Positions 40,196 to 50,372 of a DNA stretch of 64,000 nucleotides are shown one piece after another. Both the position numbers and the translations under genes were made by a program. Each line of letters starts with the position of its first letter. Position 1 is the first letter of the stretch. Where the stretch lies: NCBI GenBank assembly GCA_963737655.1, contig CAVTTN010000002.1, positions 2,848,001 to 2,912,000 on the forward strand, written 5' to 3'. The notes beneath the pieces were generated by a model that saw only the letters and a list, made by a program, of their open reading frames with translations, was not told where the DNA came from and did not search any database. This DNA comes from an uncultured Planctomycetota bacterium. GTDB taxonomy: Bacteria > Planctomycetota > Planctomycetia > Isosphaerales > Isosphaeraceae.

Positions 40196-43051
40196 ATGCC
40201 ACGATTTCTACCTCGGTGGGCATTCTGCTTCCTGATCGTTTCGGTCCTGCGACCGGGCCTTGCGGTCGGTCAGTCGGGAAAGAAGGCCGGGAAGCGGCCG
40301 GCGGCTTCGGGCTCGGCTCGGCCCCGATTTGTATCGGCTGTCCCTGCCGGAGTTTGGGTCGGACAGGATGGCCAGGACCGGGTGGGGCCGACTTCGGTGC
40401 CGGGGCCGAGCGATGTCCAGGACATCCACATCCTCCTGGGCGGCCTTCCTCGCGACCGGACCATCACGTTTGCCCGGATTGCCCCGCTTGGCGGCGGCGA
40501 GTGGCTGTTCCACGGGCCTGCCGGGCCGGCGTGCGCCCTGATCGAGCGTGAGCCGGGTTCGCCCTCCGCGGACCTCTACCTGGAACCGTATCAGGAAGAG
40601 ACCGGACGGCCGTTCCTGCTCACCCTCCAGTTCGACGACGGCCAGAAGGCCGAGTTTGGGGTCGAGGGGGGAGCCGCCGACCCGAACTTGCGAATGCCGG
40701 GCGCGGCCATGGAGGCAAGCTGGGTCGGCCAGAAGGACGTGGATCGGGTCGGGACCGGCCCCTCCGTCGGCCCCGATGGCCTGATTGACGCACAAATTGG
40801 CCTGAATCGGCTTTCGAAGGGCGTCGAGATCGTGGGGGTGGAGGTGCTGGGCCCCGGCGGCTCGGAGTGGCATTCGGGGGCCAATCCGAAGGGGAAGGCG
40901 TCGGCCGAACTGGTTCGGCGGGGCGATGATCCGTCGAAAGCCGACCTGTTCCTCGAGTTCGAGCGCGACCCGGCCGGCTCGGCCCTGAAGGTCGTGGTCC
41001 ATTATGCGAACGGCAAGAGCGACGCCGCCCGGGTCGCCGCCGGTAAGGTGGACCCGAAGCGGAAGGCGCCGAAGGTGGTGGCCCCGACCGTCGTGCCGAT
41101 CCGGGTGGCGTCCCGATGGCTTGGGCAAGATGGGGATGACAAGGTGGGTCCGGGAGACGTTCACGTGATCCTGGACGGCCTGCCCCGGGTGCCGATCCTG
41201 GCCGCCGCGTTGAGCGATTCGTCCCGGGGGCTCTGGTCGGTCAAGGAGGGGGACGCCCCGTTCGACCCGGGCCCGGACGCGATCCCGATGGCCGTGCTCC
41301 GGGGGGATGATCCGGCGGTGATTTCGTTGCATTTCCCGCCATTTCGCGACGAAACCGGCGGGACGATGACCCTTCGGGCGCTCCTGGGGGACGGCCGGAC
41401 CGTGGTGGCCCAATTCCCCGGCGGCAAGGCCGACCCGGGCCTCCGGGCCTCGTCAAGTCCTGATGGCACCACGGCTTCCGCCCGGCCTGGAGACGACCTG
41501 AACGCCCTGGCCGCCCGGTTTGGGACCGTCCGGCTGGCTCGGGGGGTCTATCCGATGCCCGGGCCTCTGGTCCTGGATCGGCCGGTTCGGATCGTGGGGG
41601 AGGCGGGCGCGGTCCTGGAGTTCCGGCAGAAGGGCGGCGACCCGGAATGGTCGGCCGCGATCAAGGTCCACTCGGGGCATACCTGGCTGGAGGGGTTCGC
41701 GGTCCGATTTTCGGGGCCGATCCGCTGGAAAAGCGGCGTGGATGGCGGTCCGGCGGTCATCGGCGCGACCGATAACACCGACGGCGGCCCCCACGACCTC
41801 AAGGCCGACCTGGTCTTCCGCAAGCTCGACCTGGAATCGCCGCCCCCGGCCGGGAAGTGGGAAGAAGCCGCCCGCTTAATCCGTTTGGGTCATTCGGTTT
41901 GCGGACGGATCGAGGACAATCGGCTCCGGGGCGGATCGGTCGAGCTGGAAGGCGGCCCCTGGCGGATTTCGGGGAACCGGCATGAGGGGACGATCCCGGG
42001 GACGTTCTCCTATGCGGTGTTCTCGATCCACGGGCCCCATGACGTCGTCGTCAGCCACAACACGGCCAGGGATTCCGGCCCGTCGGGCAAGACCTGGCGG
42101 TTCCTGGTCCTGACCGGCAAGGGCTCGGACGACGTGATCGAGAAGAATACGATGGAGGGGCTTGGACCCCGCGACGGTGATACGATTTCGGACAACGCGC
42201 CGGAGATCCTGCTGACCGAGTCGTACAGCGTCCATTTCGAGGGGAAGCCGGCGGCGGTGTCGGCCGATGGGCGGGTCCTGGCGATCCCCAGTCGCCAGGG
42301 CGACCCGGTCCGCAGCGGGGACGCGGTGGCGATCCTCGGCGGGCCTCACGCCGGGGAGTGGCGGAAGGTGGCCCAGGCGATGGGCCCGACGACGTTCCTG
42401 ATGGAGACGCCCCTGCCCGCCGGGTCGGCCGACGTCCCGGTTTCGATCGCCTCGGGGTTCCTCCGCGAGACCTTCCGCGACAACCGGATCGACAGCCGGG
42501 GCGGCTCGGGTGCGGTGAATATGTACCTGTGCGGCAACCACTTCGGGCTGAAGGTGGTGGGCAACCACTTCCTCGGCGCCGGCGAGGGGTTCCGAATTAC
42601 GTCGGCGCCGACGGAGTCGCCCGTCCACTGGGGCTGGTCGCACGCCCCTCTCTTCGGCGCCCTGATCGAGAAGAACACGATCGAGGACTCCCCCCGGGGG
42701 GCGACGATCGGCGTCGAGCATTCGGCCGGGGTGAAGACGAATCGGGGGCGGGTGTATGCGTCGGTGACGGTCCGGGACAACGTGGCCCGGCATTCCGACG
42801 CCTTCCTCGCCGGGCTGAAACGGGCCGACGCGGCCCGCCCTCCGGCGATCAATTTCGGCGTGTCCGGGGCGATCGACCCGGGCGAGCTGGTGATCTCCGA
42901 GGCGGGGAATCGGGGCGAGGGGCGAGGGCCGATGTCCATCCGCGTCGCCTCGGCCAGGGTCAACGGCGCCGAGGCGAAGGACCGGACCATCCCCCTGCCC
43001 TCCGGGGCCTCGGGACAGGCCGAATCGAAGACGGCGCGGCCGAAACGCTGA
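40196..43051 (+). CDS. Secreted protein with three N-terminal ~120-aa repeats and a right-handed beta-helix (pectin-lyase-like) domain
   Basis: GGAGG SD; signal peptide; three W(V/L)GQxxxD(R/K)VG...DP units; then PGDDL..TVRLARGVY..L..PVRIVG and parallel beta-helix (I.N.I) repeats. Confidence 0.75.
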   Translation: MPRFLPRWAFCFLIVSVLRPGLAVGQSGKKAGKRPAASGSARPRFVSAVPAGVWVGQDGQDRVGPTSVPGPSDVQDIHILLGGLPRDRTITFARIAPLGGGEWLFHGPAGPACALIEREPGSPSADLYLEPYQEETGRPFLLTLQFDDGQKAEFGVEGGAADPNLRMPGAAMEASWVGQKDVDRVGTGPSVGPDGLIDAQIGLNRLSKGVEIVGVEVLGPGGSEWHSGANPKGKASAELVRRGDDPSKADLFLEFERDPAGSALKVVVHYANGKSDAARVAAGKVDPKRKAPKVVAPTVVPIRVASRWLGQDGDDKVGPGDVHVILDGLPRVPILAAALSDSSRGLWSVKEGDAPFDPGPDAIPMAVLRGDDPAVISLHFPPFRDETGGTMTLRALLGDGRTVVAQFPGGKADPGLRASSSPDGTTASARPGDDLNALAARFGTVRLARGVYPMPGPLVLDRPVRIVGEAGAVLEFRQKGGDPEWSAAIKVHSGHTWLEGFAVRFSGPIRWKSGVDGGPAVIGATDNTDGGPHDLKADLVFRKLDLESPPPAGKWEEAARLIRLGHSVCGRIEDNRLRGGSVELEGGPWRISGNRHEGTIPGTFSYAVFSIHGPHDVVVSHNTARDSGPSGKTWRFLVLTGKGSDDVIEKNTMEGLGPRDGDTISDNAPEILLTESYSVHFEGKPAAVSADGRVLAIPSRQGDPVRSGDAVAILGGPHAGEWRKVAQAMGPTTFLMETPLPAGSADVPVSIASGFLRETFRDNRIDSRGGSGAVNMYLCGNHFGLKVVGNHFLGAGEGFRITSAPTESPVHWGWSHAPLFGALIEKNTIEDSPRGATIGVEHSAGVKTNRGRVYASVTVRDNVARHSDAFLAGLKRADAARPPAINFGVSGAIDPGELVISEAGNRGEGRGPMSIRVASARVNGAEAKDRTIPLPSGASGQAESKTARPKR

Positions 43052-43060
43052 CGGACCATC

Positions 43061-43159
43061 ATCGCCGGGAGCCCGAGAGGGGACGATCGCCGAGAGCGGA
43101 CATCGCCCCGGCCCATCCCTGATCATCGCGATCGGGACTCCCGGCGATCGTGTTTTTTT
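43061..43159 (+). terminator. Large-loop hairpin plus T tract downstream of the beta-helix gene
   Basis: atcgccgggagcccga ... tcgggactcccggcgat, then cgtgttttttt. Confidence 0.45.
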
Positions 43160-43554
43160 CGACAGCCGCAGATGATGCGGATTACGCAGATTGGGGAGGT
43201 TTCAATCCGCGGTTGCCGAATGTCCTTTTTCCGAATCTGTTGATGGGAACGACGCCTCCTGTGACATTCCGCTGGCGAGGAAATCGGATGTCACGGGCCG
43301 GGGCGCAGTGGCGCATTTTCCGGACGGATTTCGAGGCGGATCGCGGTCGGAATTCTGCACCCTAAGTCTTGAATTTCGCACGAGTTGCGACGTGGCATCC
43401 AGGGCCCTGCACGCGAGCCTTCCGGGCGTTTGCGCGGTTTCGTTGCGCCGGAATCCCCGAGGATTTCCGCCGATTTCGCGATTTTCGGCGCGAAAGTGTA
43501 GTCAAGTATTGTCAAGTTTCCTGGGATCGACGAATGTTTGCGTCTACCCTGGAA

Positions 43555-43628
43555 GGCATGCTTACGCCCTCGTCAGAATGGCTTCGGTCAGGCCCCGGGA
43601 GCCAGGCCGACGAGGGCGTAAGCATGCC
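43555..43628. repeat. Perfect 20-bp inverted repeat (REP-like) in a long intergenic gap
   Basis: ggcatgcttacgccctcgtc ... gacgagggcgtaagcatgcc. Confidence 0.75.
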
Positions 43629-43768
43629 ATGCGGGGAAGATTTGGCGTCATGAGCATTCAAGTGTGGGCTTGTCAACGGTTTGAAGGCCCCCGGGATCGA
43701 GGGCTTCTAGCGTCAAGCCTTGCATCATGTTCCTGGCCGTCGTGGATCGGACCGGGAACGATGCGTGA

Positions 43769-45607
43769 TTATGAGCCGCCGAGCATCGACGAGGCCTCGC
43801 CTCGGGGGTCGTCCTCGAGGGCGTCGAGGACGAAGCCGGGGATGTCGACCTTCAATTCGTTGTTGATCTTGCCGATCAATCGGCGGTGTTCGGCGCAGAG
43901 GGCCCGGGCGTTGCGGACCAGGGTGTCGGCGTCGGCGGGCGGATGCTCGAAGAGTTGTTTCATTTTCTGATAGTTTTGCATGAACGCGAAGACCTCGGTG
44001 CGGACCTCGCCGACGAGGCGGTCGCTGTTGACCTTCGCGGCGTGGGCCGGGACCGGGCCCGCCATCACGCGGTCGAACTGGCGGAGGCGTTCCTCGAAGG
44101 AGCCGAGGTCCTCGGGCTGGCCGCGGAAGGTCAGGTCGATCCGTCCGTCGTCCTGGATCGCCTTGCGGCGGACCTCCAGGGCGAGCGAATAGGTCGCGCC
44201 GGCCATCGCCGCCCGCCGGAAGACGGCGCAGGCGCGCTGCCAGGACGGGGTATTCTGGGCGAGCAAGGGCGTGGTTTCCAGGGTGTCGATCGCGCCGGGG
44301 AGGCCGACGAGCGTATCGACATAGAACGACGGGCCTCGGGCGTTCCGGCCGACCTGGAGGACGCCGACGAGCCGGCCCGCGTCGTCGAGCACGGGCCCTC
44401 CGGCCATCGGCGGCTGGAGGGGGCCGTCGAGCCGGTAGAAGTCGGTCGCGAACGGCGAGGCGAAGAGGCCGTCGATCCGGGCGTCGCCGCCCCGGACGCC
44501 CTGCTCGGCCGACGGCCAGCCCAGGGCGTGGAGCGTCTCGCCCGGCTTGCGGGTGGCCCGGGACTCGGGGGAGACCTCGAACGGGGGGGAGTCGGTCGCG
44601 ACGATCAGCAACGCGTGATCGCGCTTGCGATCGTAGCGGATGAGCTGGACCGGCAGGGCTGCGCCCCCGGGGAAGGTGGCCCGGACGTCGTCGGGGAAGT
44701 CGAAATCGAAGGTGTGGGCGGTGGCGAGCAGGAGGTTGGGCCGGACCAGGAAGCCCGATCCGGCGTCGGTCGGCCCCCGGACGATCGCCACCGAACGGGA
44801 CGCCCTGGCCAGGATCGCGGCCGATCCGCCGCCTCCCGAGGCGTCATTGGCCTTCGCGCGGCCCATCGCGAACCGGGAGGGGCGGGGCTCGCCGGCCTTC
44901 GGAGGGGGGCCGGGCATCCCGGGAGGCAGGGGCATGGCGGGCATGTCGACCTTCTCCTCCGTGATCTCGACCTTGCCCGACTTCCTCACTTTCTTCTCGG
45001 TGCGGATGCCGTCCTTGAGGGTGGATTCGCGGCTCATGACCGGGTCGTCAGCGTCTCGCTGGGCCTCGGCCAGGGTCGGATCGGTCGGGCCGCTGAAGGT
45101 CTGGTAGCTGGAATAGGCCGCGAACAGGGCGAGCCCGGCGAGGACCACGGCGATCCCGCCCCGGACGAGCTGGCGGACGGCCTCGGGCGAGGGGCCTCGG
45201 GGCGCGGGTTTCCGGGGCCTCGGCGGCCTCAGGCCCGGCCGTTCCGGGGCGGAGGGCCGGATCGACGAGGGCGAGGGTGCCGGTCCGTCTCGGGGCGAGG
45301 TCTCGGCCTGGGCGTCTTTCCAGGGTCTCGACCGGGGCAAGGGGTCGGGCCGATCGGCGGGGGGGCCGACGGGCGGAGCGGGAAGGGTCGTCGCCGGTTC
45401 GAGCTCGAAGGGCTCGTCGAGGTCGTCGTCGAACAGGGCGATCGGCGGGGCGGCGGCCATCGGGAGCGGGTGGCTCGGCTCGTCGAGCGAGGGCGAGAGC
45501 AGCCGATAGCGGGCCCGGCAGGCCGGGCAATTGATGAACTTGCCCAGGGCCTGGGCGGGGACCTTGCCGGTCCGTCCGCAGGAGAGGCATGCCACGGGGA
45601 TCGTCAT
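43769..45607 (-). CDS. Zn-ribbon + TM + trypsin-like (S1C) domain protein, catalytic Ser apparently lost
   Basis: CLSC..CPAC; Pro-rich linker; TM; SVAIV..GSGFLV..LATAHT, DHALL, and PMAGGPVLD where GNSGGP is expected. Confidence 0.75.
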   Translation of the reverse strand: MTIPVACLSCGRTGKVPAQALGKFINCPACRARYRLLSPSLDEPSHPLPMAAAPPIALFDDDLDEPFELEPATTLPAPPVGPPADRPDPLPRSRPWKDAQAETSPRDGPAPSPSSIRPSAPERPGLRPPRPRKPAPRGPSPEAVRQLVRGGIAVVLAGLALFAAYSSYQTFSGPTDPTLAEAQRDADDPVMSRESTLKDGIRTEKKVRKSGKVEITEEKVDMPAMPLPPGMPGPPPKAGEPRPSRFAMGRAKANDASGGGGSAAILARASRSVAIVRGPTDAGSGFLVRPNLLLATAHTFDFDFPDDVRATFPGGAALPVQLIRYDRKRDHALLIVATDSPPFEVSPESRATRKPGETLHALGWPSAEQGVRGGDARIDGLFASPFATDFYRLDGPLQPPMAGGPVLDDAGRLVGVLQVGRNARGPSFYVDTLVGLPGAIDTLETTPLLAQNTPSWQRACAVFRRAAMAGATYSLALEVRRKAIQDDGRIDLTFRGQPEDLGSFEERLRQFDRVMAGPVPAHAAKVNSDRLVGEVRTEVFAFMQNYQKMKQLFEHPPADADTLVRNARALCAEHRRLIGKINNELKVDIPGFVLDALEDDPRGEASSMLGGS

Positions 45608-45805
45608 GGACCGCTCGTCGGGGGGATGGCGAGGAGACCGACCCGTTCGGTGCCAGTCTAGCGAACGGTCCCCGATCGATCAACGTGGCCATGGCTTGAT
45701 CGTCGCGCCTGTCCCCCTTAAGATCCGTCCCGATCGGGCGAAAGGGCGCCGGGCCGCGATCGCCCTCGGCCGACCCATTCGCCGGTCCGGGACGGAGGGC
45801 GCGGG

Positions 45806-46426
45806 ATGACGACCAGGGCGAGCGTTCGAGCGGCGATCCTGGCCGCCTCGTGGATGGGGATGGGCCTCGGGGCGTCGGCGCTCGGGCAGGAGAAGGTGGA
45901 CCTTCGGACCAAGGCGGGCGTGGAGCGGGTGCAGGGCCAGTGGCGATATCATGACGTGAAGATCGTGGAGATCGAGGAGATCAGCCAGCCTCCGGAACGG
46001 GAGAAGCTGCGGACGTACTCGATCGAGCCGAAGGCCGGCGCCGCCGACTTCGACGACAAGGACTGGGAGGTCCTCGACCCGACGACCCTGGGCCGGCACC
46101 GGGCGGGGGGGCGCCTGTGCTTCAACTGGTATCGGATCCGGGTCACGCTCCCGCCGGAGAGCGAGGGCAAGGCGGTCCATTTCGTGACCACGGTGGACGA
46201 CTACGGGGAGGTCTGGGTCGACGGGAAGCTCGACTACAAGGTGGGCACCAGCGGGGGCGCGGTGGTGGCCGGATTCAACGTGCCCAACCGCGTGGAGCTG
46301 AGGGACGCGAAGCCCGGCAAGGCCTACTCGCTGGCGGTCTTCGGGATCAACGGGCCGATCTCGGCGTCGCCGTCGAATCGGATCTTTCTCAAAGACACAT
46401 ATCTGGAATTCAGCGAGAAGAAATGA
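45806..46426 (+). CDS. Secreted galactose-binding-like (GH2 sugar-binding-type) single-domain protein
   Basis: Signal peptide; GQWRY, FDDKDW, WYRIRVTLP, VDDYGEVWVDGK. Confidence 0.65.
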   Translation: MTTRASVRAAILAASWMGMGLGASALGQEKVDLRTKAGVERVQGQWRYHDVKIVEIEEISQPPEREKLRTYSIEPKAGAADFDDKDWEVLDPTTLGRHRAGGRLCFNWYRIRVTLPPESEGKAVHFVTTVDDYGEVWVDGKLDYKVGTSGGAVVAGFNVPNRVELRDAKPGKAYSLAVFGINGPISASPSNRIFLKDTYLEFSEKK

Positions 46427-46544
46427 GGCCCGGGTGCGATTCGTCTTGCCGGGGCCGGGCGGATCGCTTAGACTTTGGACTCGCAATATCCGCAGCGTCA
46501 AGGCGTTGCGCGGCAGCCGTCCCGATCTCCCTTGGGGTGAAGCC

Positions 46545-46871
46545 ATGCTCATCCAGGACCCCGCCAAAGCGGTCCGCGTGATCGAGAGCGACGACGACCT
46601 GGCCGAGACCCGGCTGGAGGCGCTCGGGTTCCTCTTCCACGGGCATTTGCCCCAGCCCGACGCCAAGCGTCCGGCCCGGACGGCGACTAATACCCTGCAC
46701 TTCGCCCGCTGCGCCAAGCTCGAGAAGATCGGCGACACGGAGAGCAAGGTCTGGTTCCGGACGATCGGCGCGGCGAAGACGTACCTCGACGCCCAGGTCG
46801 GCGCGGGTCGGTGGAAGTGGTGCAAGGTCTGCGAGCGGGAGATCACCCAGAAGATCCTGAACGAGCAGTGA
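46545..46871 (+). CDS. Hypothetical small protein with possible Zn ligands
   Basis: GGGGTG SD; GC3-biased; LHFARC..WKWCKVC. Confidence 0.6.
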   Translation: MLIQDPAKAVRVIESDDDLAETRLEALGFLFHGHLPQPDAKRPARTATNTLHFARCAKLEKIGDTESKVWFRTIGAAKTYLDAQVGAGRWKWCKVCEREITQKILNEQ

Positions 46872-46907
46872 GCGGAGCGACGGCGCCTTGAGGGTGGAGG
46901 GGTCGGG

Positions 46908-49311
46908 TCAGCCCGGCCCTTCTCGCCGCATCCTCCGGCGTTCGAGCCGCTGGGCCCGCCGTTCCTCGGCCGACGGGGGCGGCGGCGCGTTGGGGTCTTT
47001 CGGGCGGGTCAGGCGGAAGAGGAGTTCGGCGGCCCCTCGGACCGCCCCGCGTTCCAGGACGCCCTTGCCCGCCTCCGCCAGGCCCTTGCGGAACGCCTCG
47101 CGGTCGAGCTTCGGCCGGTCCAGGGTCCCCCCGATCGGCACCGTCAGCCGGGTCCCCGCCATCACGTCGCCCACGATCCCGCCCCCGGGAAACATCTCGG
47201 GCGTCAGGGGCACCGACGCGCGGAGGTCCAGGCTGCGATCCAGCCCCACCGAGCCGTCGAACTCGACCTTCGCCACCTTCCCGACGGGCAGGTACAGCCC
47301 CCGATGCGTGACCTTGCCGTCGGCGATCGCCAGGACGACGGGCTGATCGAGCCGCAACGTCCCCTCCTCCCGACCCATCAGCCCGAGGACCTCGGCCCCC
47401 AGCGGGCCCGGGGAGAATACCACGTCCTGGAACACCACGCGGCCCTCGACGACCGCCGTCTTCGCCGCGTCGGGACCGAGGGGGAACTCGCCGCGATCGA
47501 GCCGGGCCGAGACCCGCCCGCTGACCTCCGTGGCCCGGTCCAGGACCGGGCTGACGAACGCCAGGACGCGATGGGCCGACTCCTCGTTCACCTCGGCGTC
47601 GGTCAGGGACGCGCCCGGGCGGACCTTCAGCACCCGGCCGCTGGGTCCGTCGACGACCTCGGGCGTGAATTTCAGGGCGCCGCCGTTGAGCGTCGTCTCG
47701 ATCGGCTCGAACGCGATCGCCCCGCCCTTTCCCGAGGCGGCAACCTTCGCCGGGCCGAGCCTCAGGCCCGCTTTCTCGGCGGACTGGAGCGAGAGCGTCC
47801 CCCGCCACGACCCGGCCGAGATTGAGCCTTCGATCGAGACCGAAGACGCCCGCAAGGCGTCCGATTCCGGGCCGATCGCGATCGATTCGAAGGCCGACGA
47901 CACCGTGGCCGACAGCGACGCATCCCGGCGGCGAAGCTCGGCCGAGAACGTGCCCCGGCCGGCGATCTCGGCGTCTCCCAGGTCGAAGAACGGGCCGAAT
48001 TGCCGCTTCATTCCGGAGAGGTCCAGCGTCCCCGCCAGGCGAATCCCGTCCTCGAGCGTCCCTCGGCCTTCGGCGTCGAGAAATCCGGTCTTCGCGTGAA
48101 CGGCCTCGACCACCAGGCGGCCGTGGTCCTCGCGGAGGTGGGAGGAAAGCTCGGCCGGCCCGTCCAGCGCGACGGTTCGGCCGTCGATCGTCCCGGAAAG
48201 CTCGGTGATCTTCGCCGAGGCCGCCCACCGGCCGGCGTCTTCGGTGATCGCGACCTCGGCCCGGCCGCGATCCAGGGCCATTCCCTTGCGGAGGGCCAGC
48301 GAACGAGGGAGCCGGGCCGCGATCGCGGCGAGGTCGAGCGCCGACGACCCGGCTCGGGCCGCCCGATCGCGACGGGATCGGGCCGGTCGCCGCGAGCGAC
48401 CCCAGGGGCGACTTCAGGTCGAGCCTTTCGAGCGACCAGCCCTTGTTGCCTTGCCGAACCTCCCACGACAGCCGATCGGGCTCGATCGGCAGGAGGTCGC
48501 CCGCCAGAGACGGCCCTCCGACGACGATCGAGGAGTTCGCGTCCTCCCCCGAAATCGCCCAGAATCCCGCCGATCGGCGGGCGTCGATCGTCCCGGACCA
48601 GCGCCCTCGGACGTCGATCCCGCCCGAGCTTCGCTCGATGGGCCATCGCCGGGCCGAGACGACGAGGGCGACGTCCCCCTCCTTCCAGCGGTCGAACGTG
48701 CCGTCGAGGGCCACCGTCTCGTCGGCCTTCCGGGCGAGATGGGCCGTCCAGGAGACCTTGCCGGGCCGGGGGGGGCGGCGGACGTCCAGGTCGAATCGCG
48801 GGGCCTCGATGGGCCGGGGGATGCCGGCCCCTCGGATCCTCAGCGACCCATCGGCGACCTCGACGGCGAAATCGGTCTCCGGAGGGCCGTTCAGGACCGG
48901 CTTGAGCGTCTCGTACAGGTCGATCGAGCCGTCGGGCAGGCGTTCCACGTCCAGGGTCGCGCCTCGGAGCCGGAACGTGCCGAGCCGGGGGCGGTCGAAG
49001 AGGATCCGGCCGAGGTTGCGGTCCCACTCCGCCCGAGGCGCGGAGACGACCGGCTCCCCCCGGGCGTCGATCAGGGCGAACCCTTCCAGGACCGTCGGAC
49101 CGAACCAGGAGAAATGGAACCGGGCGACTTCCAGCTTGCTCGGGGCCAGCGCCGCGTTGGCCCGGGAAAGCAGCCATCGCCGGGCCGGGGCGGTGCCCAG
49201 AAGCGTCGGCAGGGCGGCGACGAGCAAGCCGAGGGCGAGGACCGCCCCGACCAGCAGCCTTCGCCACAACCTTCGGCGGCCTCGGGGCCTGGGCGCGTCG
49301 TCGGCGATCAT
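46908..49311 (-). CDS. AsmA-like protein, one frameshift near 48340
   Basis: N-terminal TM then LPTLL..FSWFGP; continues in a second frame ALDLAAI..; C-terminal DGSVGLDRSLDL..LTVPIGGTLDRPKLD resembling AsmA C-termini. Confidence 0.7.
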
Positions 49312-49463
49312 CCGGGTTGGCTCCTGGCCAAAAAGGAAACGCGGGCCGGCGGAGGCCGATCGGGGCGTCCGGGCCGCCGATCTCACCCCATCCGAGCAAC
49401 TTCGGGACCGCACCCATCCTTCGTCGCGGGGCGGCCCCGGGTTCGCCCCGGGGCGCTCGGCGC

Positions 49464-49922
49464 TCAGCGGATCGGGAACTTCGACAGGGCGTGGCTGGCC
49501 TGGATCAGCTTGAACGCCGGATTCGTGACGGCGTTGATCCCCGAAATCGCCGCGCCCAGGGCGTTCAGGTGATCGGAGAGCTCGGAGAGCCGCCACGCCA
49601 CCTCGGAATAGCCGCCCGTGACCATGTTGAATAAGGTATTCATGTCGATCGGATTCAGGAAGCCCGACGTGCCCAGATAGCGGAGGCCCGAGGGCGGCGC
49701 GACCGAGGGGCCGAGCGCCTGGCCCGCCGGGGCCTGGGTGTTGTGCGCGACGGCCGCCGCCAGCGAACGGATCGCGTCGAGCTGGGCGTCGATCTCGACG
49801 ATCCGCCTCGCGAGGTCGTAGGCCAGGAAGTTGACGTTGTTCCCCACGGCGTCGATCGAGCAGGGGTTGAGCACCCCGGAATCGTTCAGCCGGCCCGGCA
49901 CCGACGGCGGACTCATGGACAT
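49464..49922 (-). CDS. Hypothetical protein
   Basis: 152-aa ORF with GC3 bias, non-shadow amino-acid composition and a purine-rich SD. Confidence 0.6.
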   Translation of the reverse strand: MSMSPPSVPGRLNDSGVLNPCSIDAVGNNVNFLAYDLARRIVEIDAQLDAIRSLAAAVAHNTQAPAGQALGPSVAPPSGLRYLGTSGFLNPIDMNTLFNMVTGGYSEVAWRLSELSDHLNALGAAISGINAVTNPAFKLIQASHALSKFPIR

Positions 49923-50372
49923 CGGCGTCCCCCTTCCCGATCGACCCGATCGGCGGCGCCGATCGTTTTGGCGACTCGCCCCGGGGCGGCCTCCACCTTA
50001 CTCATCGCGGGACGACCCGGACAAGGGGACGCCGTCTCGGCCCCCGGGCCGATCGTCTCGTCCGGCCCCCTCGCCCTCCCGGTGGTCGTGTCCAGGGTCG
50101 TCGGCACAAATCGTTGGACGCGGGCAAATCGGCCCGAATTCCGCGGTCCTCCTGATGCGAATTGTCACCACGGAAAAGTCAATTCGTGGCATGTTACGGT
50201 TTTTCATTGCCGAGACGTATCCCTCGACTCAGAATCACCGACCGCGTGAAACCATGATGCCAGGGCCGATCGGGCGCAAGCAATTTCCGAGGAAGACGCG
50301 ACGACCCGACCGGGGCTTGCGGAACGAGCCCGAGGAACGAGGCACCTTCATCTCTGTCTGGAGAATGCACCC

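Noticed and set aside
43160..43195. ccgcagatgatgcggattacgcagat short repeat and the 71-aa ORF 43150..43365
   Set aside because: Only a degenerate short repeat; the ORF lacks codon bias and motifs.
50100..50372. c-di-GMP-I riboswitch upstream of the PEP-CTERM gene
   Set aside because: GGCAAA is present, but the GAAA tetraloop and GACGCAAAG elements could not be found.
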